In this document: piece by piece, positions 49,601 to 62,113 of the stretch | Layout: each line of letters begins with the position of its first letter | How positions within the stretch are numbered: the first letter of the stretch is position 1 | Assembly (NCBI GenBank): GCA_043228905.1 | Contig: JBHGNT010000012.1 | Span: 14,446,001-14,510,000, forward strand | Direction of reading: 5' to 3' | Source: Azolla caroliniana | Taxonomy: Eukaryota > Plantae > Polypodiophyta | Length of the DNA stretch: 64,000 bases | Made by a program: the position numbers and the translations under genes | Notes under the pieces: model-generated | Database searches by the model: none | Told to the model about the DNA's origin: nothing | Seen by the model: only the letters and a program-made list of their open reading frames with translations

Positions 49601-52331
49601 TTGAGGTATGAAACTTGTTTTTGTGCTTTTCTGAATACTATTTAATGCGTCTGGATGTTTTTTTGTGTCCAGTGCTGATCAGCATGGAAGCAGATTCATC
49701 CAACAGAAGTTGGAGACAGTATCTATGGAGGAGAAGGCATCAATATTTCAAGAAGTCTTACCTCATACACTCACTCTAATGACAGATGTATTTGGAAATT
49801 ATGTAATTCAAAAGGTATATGAAGCCTGGGCTACGTCTTTGATTGTGTGAAGGTCATTTAAACAAAGGGTTGGAATCATTTGTAAGAGCATCATCATTAT
49901 TTTCAAGCTATATTGCATTACCTGAAAACTTTTTACAAGCAATATAGTTGTATATTATTCGCATAATGGAAAGTAACTTATCTAAATGGAACTGATGCTT
50001 TGTTTACACTAGAACTCATCCGAGCAATCTTTGTTTGCAGTTCTTTGAGCATGGAAGCCCTGAACAAAGATCAGAACTTGCAGAGAAACTTGTCGGCCAC
50101 GTTCTTAACTTAAGCCTTCAGATGTATGGTTGTCGAGTCATACAGAAGGTATAAGACACCTCTATTTCTTCAAGAATTGCTTCTTTGGTCAAATGCATTT
50201 TTCATCAACAGTTGTTTACCAATGTTCGTGTTTTTTTATAATAGGCACTGGAAGTGATAGATTCAGAGCAACAGATTCGACTTATTTCAGAGCTGGATGG
50301 ACATGTAATGCAATGTGTGAGAGACCAGAATGGAAACCATGTGATTCAGAAATGTATAGAGTGTGTGCCTCCGGATCACATTGATTTCATTTTATCAGCT
50401 TTCCATGGTCAAGTGGTAGTGCTCTCTACACATCCCTATGGTTGTCGAGTTATCCAGGTTAATCTTTGTCTCCAATGTGAATGTGTCAAAATTTCAAATT
50501 AAAAGACTAATTGTTTAGATACATGTTCAATTATTATGAGTTTTATGATCAGATTTTACATTCCATTTAAAGATTATCTTGTACCTATATTTGCATTTTT
50601 CTAAATTTGGCATCTTTATTATCTCTAATAGGTACTAAATTGTGATGAGCATTAAATTAAAATCTCTCATGCTACTTTATTTGGTTTGCAATTTCTGCAG
50701 CGTGTTTTGGAGCATTGTACTGATGATCAGAAACAAGATGGCGTAATGGAAGAGATATTACGCTCTGCTTGTACTCTAGCGCAAGACCAATATGGTAATT
50801 ATGTTGTACAGGTGCGTCTTTTGTCTGATATGAGGTTCTTGATAGTGTTTACAATGGGCAGTTTGATTTATATAGATATCGTGCCTTTTGGCAGCACATT
50901 TTAGAACATGGCAAAGCCAATGAACGTAGTGAGATATTGACGAAAATGGCTGGACAAATCGTGAAGATGAGCCAGCACAAATTTGCTTCTAACGTTGTCG
51001 AGAAATGCTTGGAGTTTGGAGGTGCTGACGAGCGTCAGATTTTGATCCGAGAGATGTTGGGGCTAACAGACGAAAATGAACCCTTGCAGGTTGGCCTTAT
51101 ATGCTTCATATCACGGGATTAAGGTATTTGGGTAGATTCGTGGAAAACTAGTGGGTTTTACCTCAAAAGCTGTTCATGAGGAGAGAGCTATTAATTGGTA
51201 TGGTTTTTGCTATCGTCAATTGTTTTGCTGGATTCTAAGCAATGCTACTGGGCTAAATATTTCCTGCAAAGTAGTGTTTTTTTTATAACTCAACAACTGG
51301 TTTTTGATCCAATGGGATTTTTCTAGTTTTTGAGTATTAACGGTGATGTTTTTTAAATTCACTCTGAAAAATAGTTGGTTTCACCTCCACTTTGATTATT
51401 TTTCATTGCTTGGACGTTTTTTGATATCATGAGATCTCATTAAATTCCAAGTGGATTCTAGGCATGGTATTGGCTAAACACGTGCTTGGAAATAGTGGGT
51501 CCTGTCGTTACTAATAGCTAAAGAGAACTATCAAATGGTTTGAGTTTAGTTTTTGCTGTCATGGGATATCATTCAATTTATCTATATTAGCTAAAAACCT
51601 TCTGTAGTGTAAAATAGTTGTTTTTTTCTTTAATTAAAAATATATATACCCTAAGAAATAAATCCTAAATCATGAAACGCACTACCATAAACTCTTGATG
51701 CAAAATTCATAATTCAAGTCCTCTACCTAAACCCTTTAAACCCTAAATTCTAATTCCTCCCTAGACCAGGCTGTTATTCTATTCTTTTGATCAGTAAGGG
51801 CATGTTTAAAAGAACTTAAAAAAAGATTTCATTATTGCTGTCTTTCAGGCTATGATGAAAGATCAATATGCTAACTACGTTGTCCAGAAAGTTCTCGAAA
51901 CATGTGATGATGAGCAGCGTGAGATGCTGCTCTCTCGAATCCGAGTTCATTTACATGCATTGAAAAAATACACTTACGGAAAACATATCGTGGCACGGGT
52001 GGAAAAACTTGTAGCTGCTGGAGGTAAAACTTTAATCTCTTTCTTTTTGGCTACTCCTGGAATTAGAAAAGATGTCTTTTTGGTTTTTAGTTAATCGGTT
52101 CAGTGTTGGCTTCATTTGAATGCTTTCAAAGTCCTTTTTCTCTATTCAATTTCTCCAAGGAAAACTTTAAATTGGAAATAGACCATTGTATTTGAGAGTT
52201 CATATTTAATTCTTTAGTTCAATTCTCATTTGTACTTCAGATTTATAAACAGTGTAGAGAAAGAAGATACATTTAATGTTTTTTTGCCCATTTTACTAGA
52301 GCGACGTGGTGCCCTCGTATCGACAATGTGA
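46700..52331 (+). CDS. PUM: Pumilio/PUF RNA-binding protein (APUM1-6-like), ~1039 aa, 9 coding exons
   Basis: Exons 46700-47335, 48066-49573, 49673-49814, 50041-50148, 50245-50457, 50701-50811, 50895-51089, 51849-52023 and 52300-52331 are all GT-AG and sum to 3120 nt in frame. N-terminal [43 protein letters not shown]. Eight PUF repeats (SRFIQ, NYVIQ, CRVIQ, NHVIQ, CRVIQ, NYVVQ, SNVVE, NYVVQ). Confidence 0.96.
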
Positions 52332-53724
52332 AGAAGAAATCTCGTGTATATAATATATATACGAGACCCAATTCAAGTTTTTATTATTATATAAGATCTC
52401 AAATGTATTTTTGTGTGAATACTTGATTTGATATCAGTCTAGGATTTTGTAACTTTTTTTGGGCTTAGAATTGCCCAAAAGTTTCTTTTTCTCTTCTTAC
52501 AGAACTGAATTTTTAACAAGACAAGAAATATATAGCTATATGTATTAGCTGTAATACACGCTTGTAAACAAAAAAAGAAGCTTCAGCTAGTTCTGTACAA
52601 ACCCGAGGATAAGAAGCAATCACCAAGTGTATAGTCTTGGAAAAGTTTTTCTTTAAACGCATTTGGCTCCCTGGAAAAGTTTGATTTCTTTATATTCAAC
52701 TCCCTGTTTCTAAAAAGGATTTGAGTTTTTCTCATCTTTCTCTGTACCGTTTTTTGTAGGATTGATAGTTGTACAGATTATAATTTAAAGATTATGATTA
52801 TCGCATTTGCTGTGTCTTTAAGTATTATTGTTTTTAAACATCAATATGAACATTGCCATGCATTCATTTTTAGTTCATATGGGTTTTAACTGAGATATTT
52901 GGTTTTTCTGGTCTGTCTTGTACAAAAATTGTTGAGATCTTTGGGTTCCGAGGAACTCGAGGATTGGATGTATAAAAAGTTGTTCTGAACATATTGATCC
53001 CACAGCTTTACATGAAGTACAATGGTTTGAAGGCGTGTTTGAGATTCCTTGAAAAACAATGTTTCATCCGATGATTTATACAAGCCTATATGGAATTTTG
53101 TTCTAGACATGAAACCAGTTCAGCTAGATACTAAAGGGTAGTCAGAGATGAGCTCTTCCACATGAGCAGAAATGTGTCCTAAATTCTTTCTAAGCTAGTA
53201 AGAACTTCAGATGGCCTTTTACGTGCGTACGCAACATTACCCTAAATGCTTTTTGCCTGTTAATGTAAAACTGGCATTCATAAAGTAAAACACACCCAGG
53301 TGGTTACGAGATCTGTTGGGGCTCACCTGGAAAGGGTTTATCGTTCTAGTCAATATTACTTACTTTGATGTATGTCAATGGTGGTACATGATCAGTTCAT
53401 GCAGAGTTCCAAAACACAACAGAAAAATGGCCAACTCAAATATGGTTAGGTCCTAGGGATCCAGCTTCTGGTCCATTGGGATTGTTGCATTTGCTCAAAG
53501 GACATTGTTGCCTTACCAAGAAAAACATTCCATTGAACGTTACTTTTATTTTATTACAACTGACCTCTTAAAATGGACAATGTCAAGTACTGGTCAATAG
53601 ATCATGATTATTATAGATCAAGCTGTTAAACAAGGTTTGCTAAATGATTCACTCATGAATTGAATTAAGCCAATTTTTAAAGCAAAAATAAAAATAAAGT
53701 ATCAAATTATTGTACAATCATGAC

Positions 53725-53830
53725 GAGCTTAACTATTGTTAAATTGTATACCACTATCATGGAGCAAAAGGTAAGTGCATGGGCTTAACTATTGTTAAAT
53801 TGTATACCACTATCATGGAGCAAAAGGTTG
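53725..53830. repeat. Short direct repeat (~45 bp, 56-bp period)
   Basis: GCTTAACTATTGTTAAATTGTATACCACTATCATGGAGCAAAAGGT occurs twice. Confidence 0.85.
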
Positions 53831-53845
53831 TCTGTGAGTTAAAAA

Positions 53846-54051
53846 TAGGGATCGACAATGGTTTAGTTTAGGCTTAGTTGGTTTGGCCTCATCCAAGCCA
53901 AACCGGTTAACCCTAAACCGCTTTGGGGTTATCAAACCTTAACCAAACCAAATAAAACTAATCCCTAAATCAGTTTGGGAAACGTCTTGGAAACCTCCCT
54001 CCCACCTCCCCTCTCTCTCTCTCACTCAAACAATCCACTATGTATTGTACA

Positions 54052-54096
<45 letters not shown>

Positions 54097-54862
54097 ATGT
54101 AGTCTCCTATCTCCCTCCCTCTCCTCTCTGTCATGGCCATGGAAAGCGTTGTTGAAAAAGCTTAAGGTTCAAAAAATCCTCTCACATCGACTTCTTAGAA
54201 TTGCATGGGAAGCAAGCAAAAAGATGCAAAAGATGCATAAAAGCAAAATTTTGTGTTCTGGTTGGATGCAAGATTTAGAAAAATGGTTTGGTAGATGGGA
54301 TGCAAGACACTTGCTTCATGATGCGTCACTAGACTCCTATGTAAATGAGGCCTTTTTGCAACGTCAATGGGACAAATGTGGTGGCTCACGCTTCACATTA
54401 TACTACAAATGTTGCACCTAACTACAAAACCATATTCTTCGCAAAACGGGGAAGTCGTACACATCGATACATGTTAGAGCCCATCCCGATATTTGCCATT
54501 CAAACCATTGCTTCCATGCGACTTAGCTCGCACACATTGCGATGTGAGACGAGGCATTGGGGCACAAGTGATAAGATTGGCCGACTATGCACACTTTGCC
54601 CTAAACAAGTTCGAGAGTTTGAGTATCACACTTTGATACAATGCTCTGTCTTTGATCATATTTGACCATGCTTTCCACATCTCTTCGACCAAGCCCAATA
54701 TGTGCACGAATTTCTCTCACAACCACGATGTGCACTCTCGATTGCAACATTCATTGGTAAAGTTCTTAAACATCGAGAGTTGCTACTCACCTTCACACAT
54801 CACGTGAAATGTAATATTTTTGGTCTTATAGGTCATATTTGACCTCTGAAGACGATAATATA

Positions 54863-54898
<36 letters not shown>

Positions 54899-55145
54899 GT
54901 AGTCTCCCTCCCTCCCTCTCTCTCTCTCTCTCTCTCTCCTCGTCTATGTACTCTCCCTCTCTCTCACACACACACTCTCTCACTCTCACTCTCACTCTCT
55001 CTCTCAAGTTTCTCAACGGCTTAACTGGTTTGAGCCAGTTTGGCAAGGCTCAAGCCAAGCTGAACCGAGCTCAAACCTAAGCCGAGCTAAGCCGCTAAGT
55101 TGTTTAAAATTGGTTTGGCTTGAGACGAGCCGTTGCCAATCCCTA
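53846..55145. mobile_element. hAT-like MITE carrying a nested LINE fragment
   Basis: TIRs TAGGGATCGACAATGG / CCGTTGCCAATCCCTA. 8-bp TSD GTTAAAAA/GTTAAAAG. Subterminal AAACC/AAGCC repeats. Confidence 0.85.
54130..54898 (+). mobile_element. 5'-truncated RTEX-like LINE 3' end (third family) with (TATC)n tail
   Basis: MRLSSHTLRCETRHW...RLCTLC...EYHTLIQC zinc-finger region. Conserved 3' stem-loop at 54823-54853. Inserted in the (CT)n core of the MITE. Confidence 0.85.
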
Positions 55146-55169
55146 GTTAAAAGTCAAAACAAATGACCA

Positions 55170-55440
55170 CTTGGGCAAATTATGGAAAAAAGTCGACTAC
55201 AAGGAAAAACACTATATTGTTACTTATTGATTTTAAAAGAGCATTTGATGTAGTACCACAAACTGAGCTTTGGAATAGAATGGTGGAAATTGGAATATAC
55301 CATTATAGTATCTAGTTTCTATTACTTGATTATATGAGCAAGTTGGATGCCAACCAAAAACTGAGAATGGGGGTCAAGCAATAATTTCCATTATCACCTA
55401 CAGTTTTTTATTATTGCATTGATAAATTGGAAGAAGTATC
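55170..55440 (+). mobile_element. Very degenerate LINE RT fragment
   Basis: Residual IDFKRAFDVVP and GVKQ...LSPT motifs. Confidence 0.55.
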
Positions 55441-55479
55441 ACATTGATAAATTGGTAAGTGAGCACTTGAGGTATTGCT

Positions 55480-56480
55480 TTAGAATTTGATTCACCTACT
55501 CAATATGGCCATTGGTTATATGATGATAGGATGAAGATAAATTCACTATTGTACCAAGTGTCTGATGGAATCGTAGCAAAAAAAACAAGGAACAAATTGG
55601 AGTCCACAATCCAAGGTGACATCATCCAACATCCCATGACACCGCATCACATTCTTTAAAAATAGATCTATTGTTTTTGCTCTTGAAGTAGTCTTTGCAA
55701 AGGGGGCAAAATGAGCCATCTTTGTAATCCAATCCACCATCACGAGGAATGCCTCATATCCATGGATTGGAGGCAAGTCAGTAATGAAATCCATGGAAAT
55801 AGATGTCCAAGGCCGGTTTGAAATGGGAAGTGGTTAGAGCAAACTGTACATGGCCTTTTGTGGGCGACTTTGCATCAAGCACAAGTATCTCATGTCTTGA
55901 TGAATTCCATGGTTGAGGGCACCAATATCCTTGCAAGATTAATTCCAAGGTCTTCATAACTCCAAAATGGCCAGTTAGTGGGTCATCGTGACACGTTTGG
56001 AGAGCTTGAGTTCCACAATGGCCCTCCCAAACATATAAGAGATGGTTCTAGCAATGGAAATTCCCCCTCGAATATGAAGTGATCAAGGTCTTCCTTGTTG
56101 TTTGTTTTAGACAGGTCAATAAAACCTTCCTTAATGTCATTGGCGAATTTGTTGGTGGGAAGTGCTTTGGCTATCTCCTCAAACAAAGAGTCATCATCTA
56201 GCATGCATGTTGCAAATGGATCTAGTTTCAAGAAACATTGGGATTGTTGAGCACATGCAACATCCTGTGGGTTGAACTTCAAATCCCGCATTGAGGAAGA
56301 GCATCAGACTTTATGTGTTGTGCCCTCGGTCAAAAGACAATTGCGAAGTTATAGCCGGCTAAGAAAGTTGATCAACGAGCCCGTCGTCAATTCAACATAT
56401 GGGTAGTTTAGAAATACAAATTATAAAGTTTTATGATCTATTATCACTTGAAGGTCCCGATGTTTTTGAGTCATTGCACA
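55480..56480 (-). mobile_element. Ty3/Gypsy pol remnant (RNase H end and integrase)
   Basis: WTSISMDFITDLPP...VMVDWITKMAHF, GHFGVMKTLEL-like and KSDALP-like decayed motifs. Confidence 0.8.
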
Positions 56481-56798
56481 TTGGGATGGAGTCAGCTCCT
56501 ATTGGAAGAATGAACTAGGCAACCAAATTAGTATCCGTCCTTGTTACGATTGGGACGTGAGCATCTGAGTTGGAAACCGGTTCCTACTTGAATGAAGTGA
56601 GTGACTGAAAATGATTCAGGGCGTTTTGACATGGCAAGAGGGGAAGCCGCTCCAACCTCCGTATGAGTTTCCGGTTTAAAAGTAAGTGGTTCCACCAATC
56701 TATAATTGAGTTATTTGTTTTCAACTTGGGCAAACCAAGTATGATTGGATGTCGTTGTGAAGTGATGAGGTAAAATGATAAGGCCTCTTGGTGGGTCC

Positions 56799-57206
56799 TG
56801 TCACGGATAGATCCTAAGCTTAAGAGATAAGAAAGAAGATAATGAAATGCATGAGTAGTATTAACTAAAAGACTCCATAACTAGTGTTGTTCACCTTGAA
56901 TTCCTTCAAGGTGAACTCAACTATTTATACTACACGGCATGCATACTTGTTGCATGCATGTGAATCTATAATAGAGCATGTAGGTACGCATGCATGTGCC
57001 AAGTGTAAATACTACAGGGGAGCAACTATGCACATGATGCTAGCCAAAAACTACAAGGATATACATAATTGTATACTAGATATGTTGGTTAACTCATGAC
57101 ACTTGATTATAACATGGTCATGTTGAGAGTTTGAATCTTGACATTATTCCCCCTCCAACGTCGTCTTCCCAAATTGGCCGCCGTTTTGTGGGGATATCGG
57201 TGTTGA
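56799..57206 (-). mobile_element. Chromovirus-type 3' LTR (56799-57143) with PPT and chromodomain tail; repeated at 57356-57763 across the gap
   Basis: On the - strand: QHRYPHK tail, PPT GAGGGGGAATAA, LTR TGTCA...CCGTGACA. Same termini, TATA box and hairpin as the LTR at 21766-22133. Confidence 0.82.
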
Positions 57207-57306
57207 NNNNNNNNNNNNNNNNNNNNNNNNNNNNNNNNNNNNNNNNNNNNNNNNNNNNNNNNNNNNNNNNNNNNNNNNNNNNNNNNNNNNNNNNNNNNNN
57301 NNNNNN
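57207..57306. other. Assembly gap (100 N) flanked by an identical 456-bp overlap
   Basis: Run of N; 56751-57206 appears identical to 57308-57763. Confidence 0.97.
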
Positions 57307-58379
57307 AGTCGTTGTGAAGTGATGAGGTAAAATGATAAGGCCTCTTGGTGGGTCCTGTCACGGATAGATCCTAAGCTTAAGAGATAAGAAAGAAGATAAT
57401 GAAATGCATGAGTAGTATTAACTAAAAGACTCCATAACTAGTGTTGTTCACCTTGAATTCCTTCAAGGTGAACTCAACTATTTATACTACACGGCATGCA
57501 TACTTGTTGCATGCATGTGAATCTATAATAGAGCATGTAGGTACGCATGCATGTGCCAAGTGTAAATACTACAGGGGAGCAACTATGCACATGATGCTAG
57601 CCAAAAACTACAAGGATATACATAATTGTATACTAGATATGTTGGTTAACTCATGACACTTGATTATAACATGGTCATGTTGAGAGTTTGAATCTTGACA
57701 TTATTCCCCCTCCAACGTCGTCTTCCCAAATTGGCCGCCGTTTTGTGGGGATATCGGTGTTGAGAATCAAGCTCAACATAGAGCAACGTGTGAACACACC
57801 TTTTGAGTGATCATAGATTCTCAAAGGTCAAAAGTCACACCAGTGCTCTCTACACATTAACTATGTGTCATAGAATCATATTCTATGACACATAACTAAT
57901 GAGTTCCATACCCTAAGCTCATCAACGATATTGAGGATGATCAACTACAACACTAGAGTTAGAAGGTTATGACAAAGAGCGACGGTGGAAGGAAGCGGAG
58001 AAAAACGTAGAGCAAATAAAGATTGGTGATGAAGAGTAGTAGTCGAAGCCAGGGGCATCCACATAATAGAAGTCGGATTAACAATCAGTGAATGAGACAG
58101 AGATAGCGCCGAAGACACAAAGGACGAAGCAAACAGAAACAGAGGTAACGGAACTTGAGCCGGAGCCACATAGGAGTAGTTGAATCCACAAGAAACGCAA
58201 TCAGAGCCAGAAAACAGCAGCAAACACAACCGGAAGAGGAGCCACTCGAACCCCTAGGCCAAAGCATCTTGAACGAACTTGATTAAGATTGAAGGAGCTA
58301 GATTGTGGGTTCGACGTGCAAGGCATTGTCCCACGGGCATGTCATGCGTTGGCCTATGAGTATGATCCAGAAGAGGAAG

Positions 58380-58730
58380 TGTGAACAGGGAAGAGTTAAG
58401 GTTGGAGGAATATTATTAATATAGTTAAGGAAATGACGGATCCGGATAGTTGTATCGATCTAGATCCGCACTGTTTAGTAGCCGGTAGCGGGTAAGGCAC
58501 CGTTTTGTAACTCTTACCATATTCCTATAAAAGGATCTAGATTCTATCTGTGCCATCATTCATAATCTGAAGTGGATATGTTATAAGTATTCGGAATGCA
58601 ATCCGGAAAGTAACCGGATAGTGTTAAGGGAATAAGATCCGAATTATCATCCATATCTCCCACCACCCCTTAAATGGAGATGTGTTCTGGAAGGACACTC
58701 TGTGTTGTGGGTAGTCCGGCCCAAGATAAT
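58380..58730 (-). mobile_element. LTR-like dispersed repeat homologous to 22140-22470
   Basis: Shared blocks GGCRCCRTTTT..AACT..TAC, GATAGTGTTAA, ATCATCCATATCTCC..CCACCCCTT and CGGCCCAAGATAA. Confidence 0.6.
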
Positions 58731-58941
58731 GACTTAAGGACACTACAAACCAACCATCTAACAAATGATACGTTAAATTGAGTTGTTATATATTTTCTTA
58801 GAGAACATATCGAGAATCGGTCTCCATATTGTAAAAAGAATGATTGAACATAGAAAACTACGATAGGGTGCGATTAACATAATTAGCACTTTATAATTGT
58901 AATGAGATGTAGATAAATAAAAATTGTTAGGTTGCACACAA

Positions 58942-58944
<3 letters not shown>

Positions 58945-59001
<57 letters not shown>

Positions 59002-59140
59002 TCTTGTCTGCATTTCATTGCAATAAAAAGTATTGTTTCTACTATATATATTTTCACTGCAATAAGAAGTATTGTTTCTTCTATATATATAATATAGTAG
59101 CAACAATACTTTTTATTGCAATGAAATGCAGACAAGATGA
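58945..59140. repeat. (TA)n microsatellite followed by a 142-bp hairpin
   Basis: (TA)~27, then an inverted repeat at 58999-59140 with ~49-bp arms and one mismatch. Confidence 0.9.
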
Positions 59141-60074
59141 AAAATATTTATAGATTGCAATGTAGTGCAAATCATCAAAACTTTTGTCACAAACGGTGCA
59201 CTACATGTTTTGAGACAAGTGTCGAGGCTCTATTTCTAGGTAGTGACGACAAGGGCTTCAAAGAGAGAACAAGAATATTAGAAAGAATTTGTTTATTAAG
59301 TCATACACACACACAAATGAGCCCAACCTTGCCATTGTATGAATCAAATTGTAAATACAATTCATGAGGTCTTTTTCTTCTTCACTCTCTTGACCCCCTT
59401 CGGTCGACATAAATGAGTCAACCCATCTTTTTTATTATATGATGGAAGAGTTACTATTTTTAGTTTGAGGCATATCGAATAAAAGTTATTATTACAAAAA
59501 ATATTTCTACCCTATGTATGACTTAACTACCATACACTTTAGCCCACAAAGCATGGCATATTTTGTTTATATTTTCTTCACGTGTTCCTTACGAGCAAGC
59601 CACTACTTACAAATGAGGTGCCCTTTCTAGACAACCTTATACGACATTAGAGGCTATATGTATGTTTTCCTTTATCTCAAAAATAATAATAAACCAATTA
59701 CAACAACAACCTTATTTGTGTGAGGTTTTAAACATGTTCTTCACTTTTATTTATATATAATGATTCGTATATAAAAAAATAGTAATGATATATAAGGGGA
59801 TAATGTATTTGGTTTGGATATGGTTTCACACCTTGTGTCAAGAAACGTGACAATATTGTTAAAACTGCAATGACGTGTAAAATGATGTAAACAAAGTTTT
59901 ATTAGTACACAAATAGGTAGAAATAAAAAGATAACATTGTAGAGATAATAGTTGAGAAGCTTATATTGATGAGAAAAAAGGTTATATAACTTGATGAAAT
60001 GCATAGCAATATCTTCGTACGCTCTTCGAAATATGTTTAGCTAGTGTTTTATGGTCATTTTCAAATATATAAAA

Positions 60075-60238
60075 GGGAAAAGTACCAGGATTCTGGTAAA
60101 TAGGGCTTGTAGATTTGAGTGTATAATTACTTTATAAAGTGTATTTTTTTGGACATAGGGGTAGTTTGGTAAATTTGGAACTTCCAAGGGCTTTCTGGTA
60201 AATAGATGAACATTCAGGGGTATCCTGGTACTTTTCCC
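60075..60238. mobile_element. Mutator-like MITE (164 bp)
   Basis: Perfect 17-bp TIR GGGAAAAGTACCAGGAT / ATCCTGGTACTTTTCCC and perfect 9-bp TSD TATATAAAA. Confidence 0.9.
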
Positions 60239-60342
60239 TATATAAAACACCTCCTTATATAAGCACATACATGAATAAAAGACAAAATTAAATCTTCACA
60301 AACATTCTTCCTCCAATTCCTAATCCTTAACGGCTTTTACAT

Positions 60343-60616
60343 ATGAAAAGTGTCGAGGAATCTTTCGATCTAATCACAACAAGGAACTGTGTTGAAATAC
60401 GAATCACACTAGTATGCCAAAGAGAGATAAGATAAACAATAGTGCATAGAGATTTACGTGGAAACCCTAAAACGAGAGAAAACCACGAAGAACAGAACTT
60501 CACTATACATTGGATATACAACAGAAGGTATGTTACAGAACTCTTTCAAGTGTATCAACCACGTAGGGCTCTTCACATATGTTGTTACGCACACAGCTAT
60601 GGCGCCGCACTCTCTC
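60343..60616 (-). mobile_element. Partial Copia-type LTR interrupted by the chromovirus
   Basis: Begins TG; contains the GTGGAAACCCT...GAAAACCACGA...CACTAT motif also seen in the Copia C and E LTRs. Confidence 0.6.
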
Positions 60617-62113
60617 TGTTACGGACATGACCATTTAATATCCCGTGGTGAGAATTTACCGTAGTATTCTATACACGTGGATAAGTGTGAGGGTTAAACG
60701 AGAGTGTAAAGAAGGGGAGGATTACTTTAGGACGCATCTTAGGCCAATAAAATTGAGTGGAGATGAGAACGAGTGTATCAAATTATTGAGGACATGCTTC
60801 GAGCATACGTTGGTGCAAAACCAACAAAATGGGAACGTTATCTCCCAATTTTGGAGTTTGCTTATAACAGCTCCAAGCATACGTCGATGGGATATAGTCC
60901 TTTTATGTTGATGTATGGTTTTCAGCCACGAGCCCCGATTGATGTTAATATACATCATGATGAGTTGCGAAGTACGCAAAACTTTCTTCGGGATATGCAA
61001 GATATGTTGCATATTGCACGAGATAATATAAAAACAGCTCAAGATAGAGCGTGTTTTTATGCCGATCATCATAGGCAACCTCGTGTATTCAACCCTGGAC
61101 AGAAGGTATTTTTACGTGTACCTCACAATTCTAAGACATTGTCTACGGGTAAGTGCGCTAAGTTAGCCCCACGGTTTTGTGGACCTTTTACAGTCCTCAA
61201 ACGCATTGGGTCATCAGCCTATCGTCTCGCTCTTCCCGATGGTGTCGGAATTCATCCAGTCTTTCATGTGAGTCGTCTAAAAGAACTTCTAGGTTCTGGC
61301 GACAATACAGTTATGACTGAAACTCTGGTTACTTCTGAAGAATTATCTTCTAAACCACATGTACCAGAAAGAATTCTCGATGTTAAAACAAAAAAACTAC
61401 GTACTAAAGAAATCCGAGAATTTAAAATAAAATGGATGGATAAATCAATAAAAGATGCCACATAGGAATGCGAAAATACTCTCAGAACTAATTTCCCTAA
61501 CTTTCCATTGCAAGAGTGCAATGTTTTAAAGAGGGGGAGTATGTTACGGGCATGACCATTTAATATCCCGTGGTGAGAATTTACCGTAGTATTCTATACA
61601 CGTGAATAAGTATGAGGGTTAAACGAGAGTGTAAAGAAGGGGAGGATTACTTTTAATCCTCGGGATTGAGACAACCCATTAGGTCAAGTGTGAACTTGCC
61701 TGGGGGCCTTGGGTATCGCTATAAATAAGAGGCCTAGCTACCCTTCTTTGATCATCTTTTGACTACATCGAGACTCTGCTCGTGTGGTGGGTCAACTCTT
61801 GTAGCGAGCGCGCCAGCACCAGGTACGACTCGACGCCACGGCGGTGGTATGGGACGCTGATCGAGGCTCGAGTCCGTCTCGATCCCTTCGCTCGGGGGTG
61901 GTCGGGTGGATCGGCACCCTTCTTTCTCTTTCTCCTTTCTATCTATCATTACTTTATCCTTATCTTAAGCTTACTTTAGTACTTAGATCTCTAATACTCT
62001 CTCTCTATCTCTCTACTCACTCTTCACGCTCTTCTTCTAGCGCTACCTCACTCAGTCTCTTCTATTCTAACTCTCACGTTTTGCCCTAAGTGTATTTATG
62101 CTTATACACTGTA
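60617..62113 (+). mobile_element. Internally deleted Ty3/Gypsy chromovirus: partial 5' LTR (60617-60728), integrase C-terminus + chromodomain, PPT, 3' LTR from 61542 (interrupted at 62114)
   Basis: ORF 60773-61465 EFAYNSSKH...KLAPRFCGPF...HPVFHVSRLK...PERILD...FKIKW..DAT. PPT GAGGGGGAG. TGTTACGGRCATGACC at both 60617 and 61542. Confidence 0.9.

Noticed and set aside
56751-57763. Apparent tandem LTR array / TRIM
   Set aside because: The two 456-bp copies look identical and sit directly on either side of a 100-N gap, which is typical of unmerged contig overlap.
58773-59153. ORFs with (YI)n runs
   Set aside because: Translation of the (TA)n microsatellite and the hairpin.
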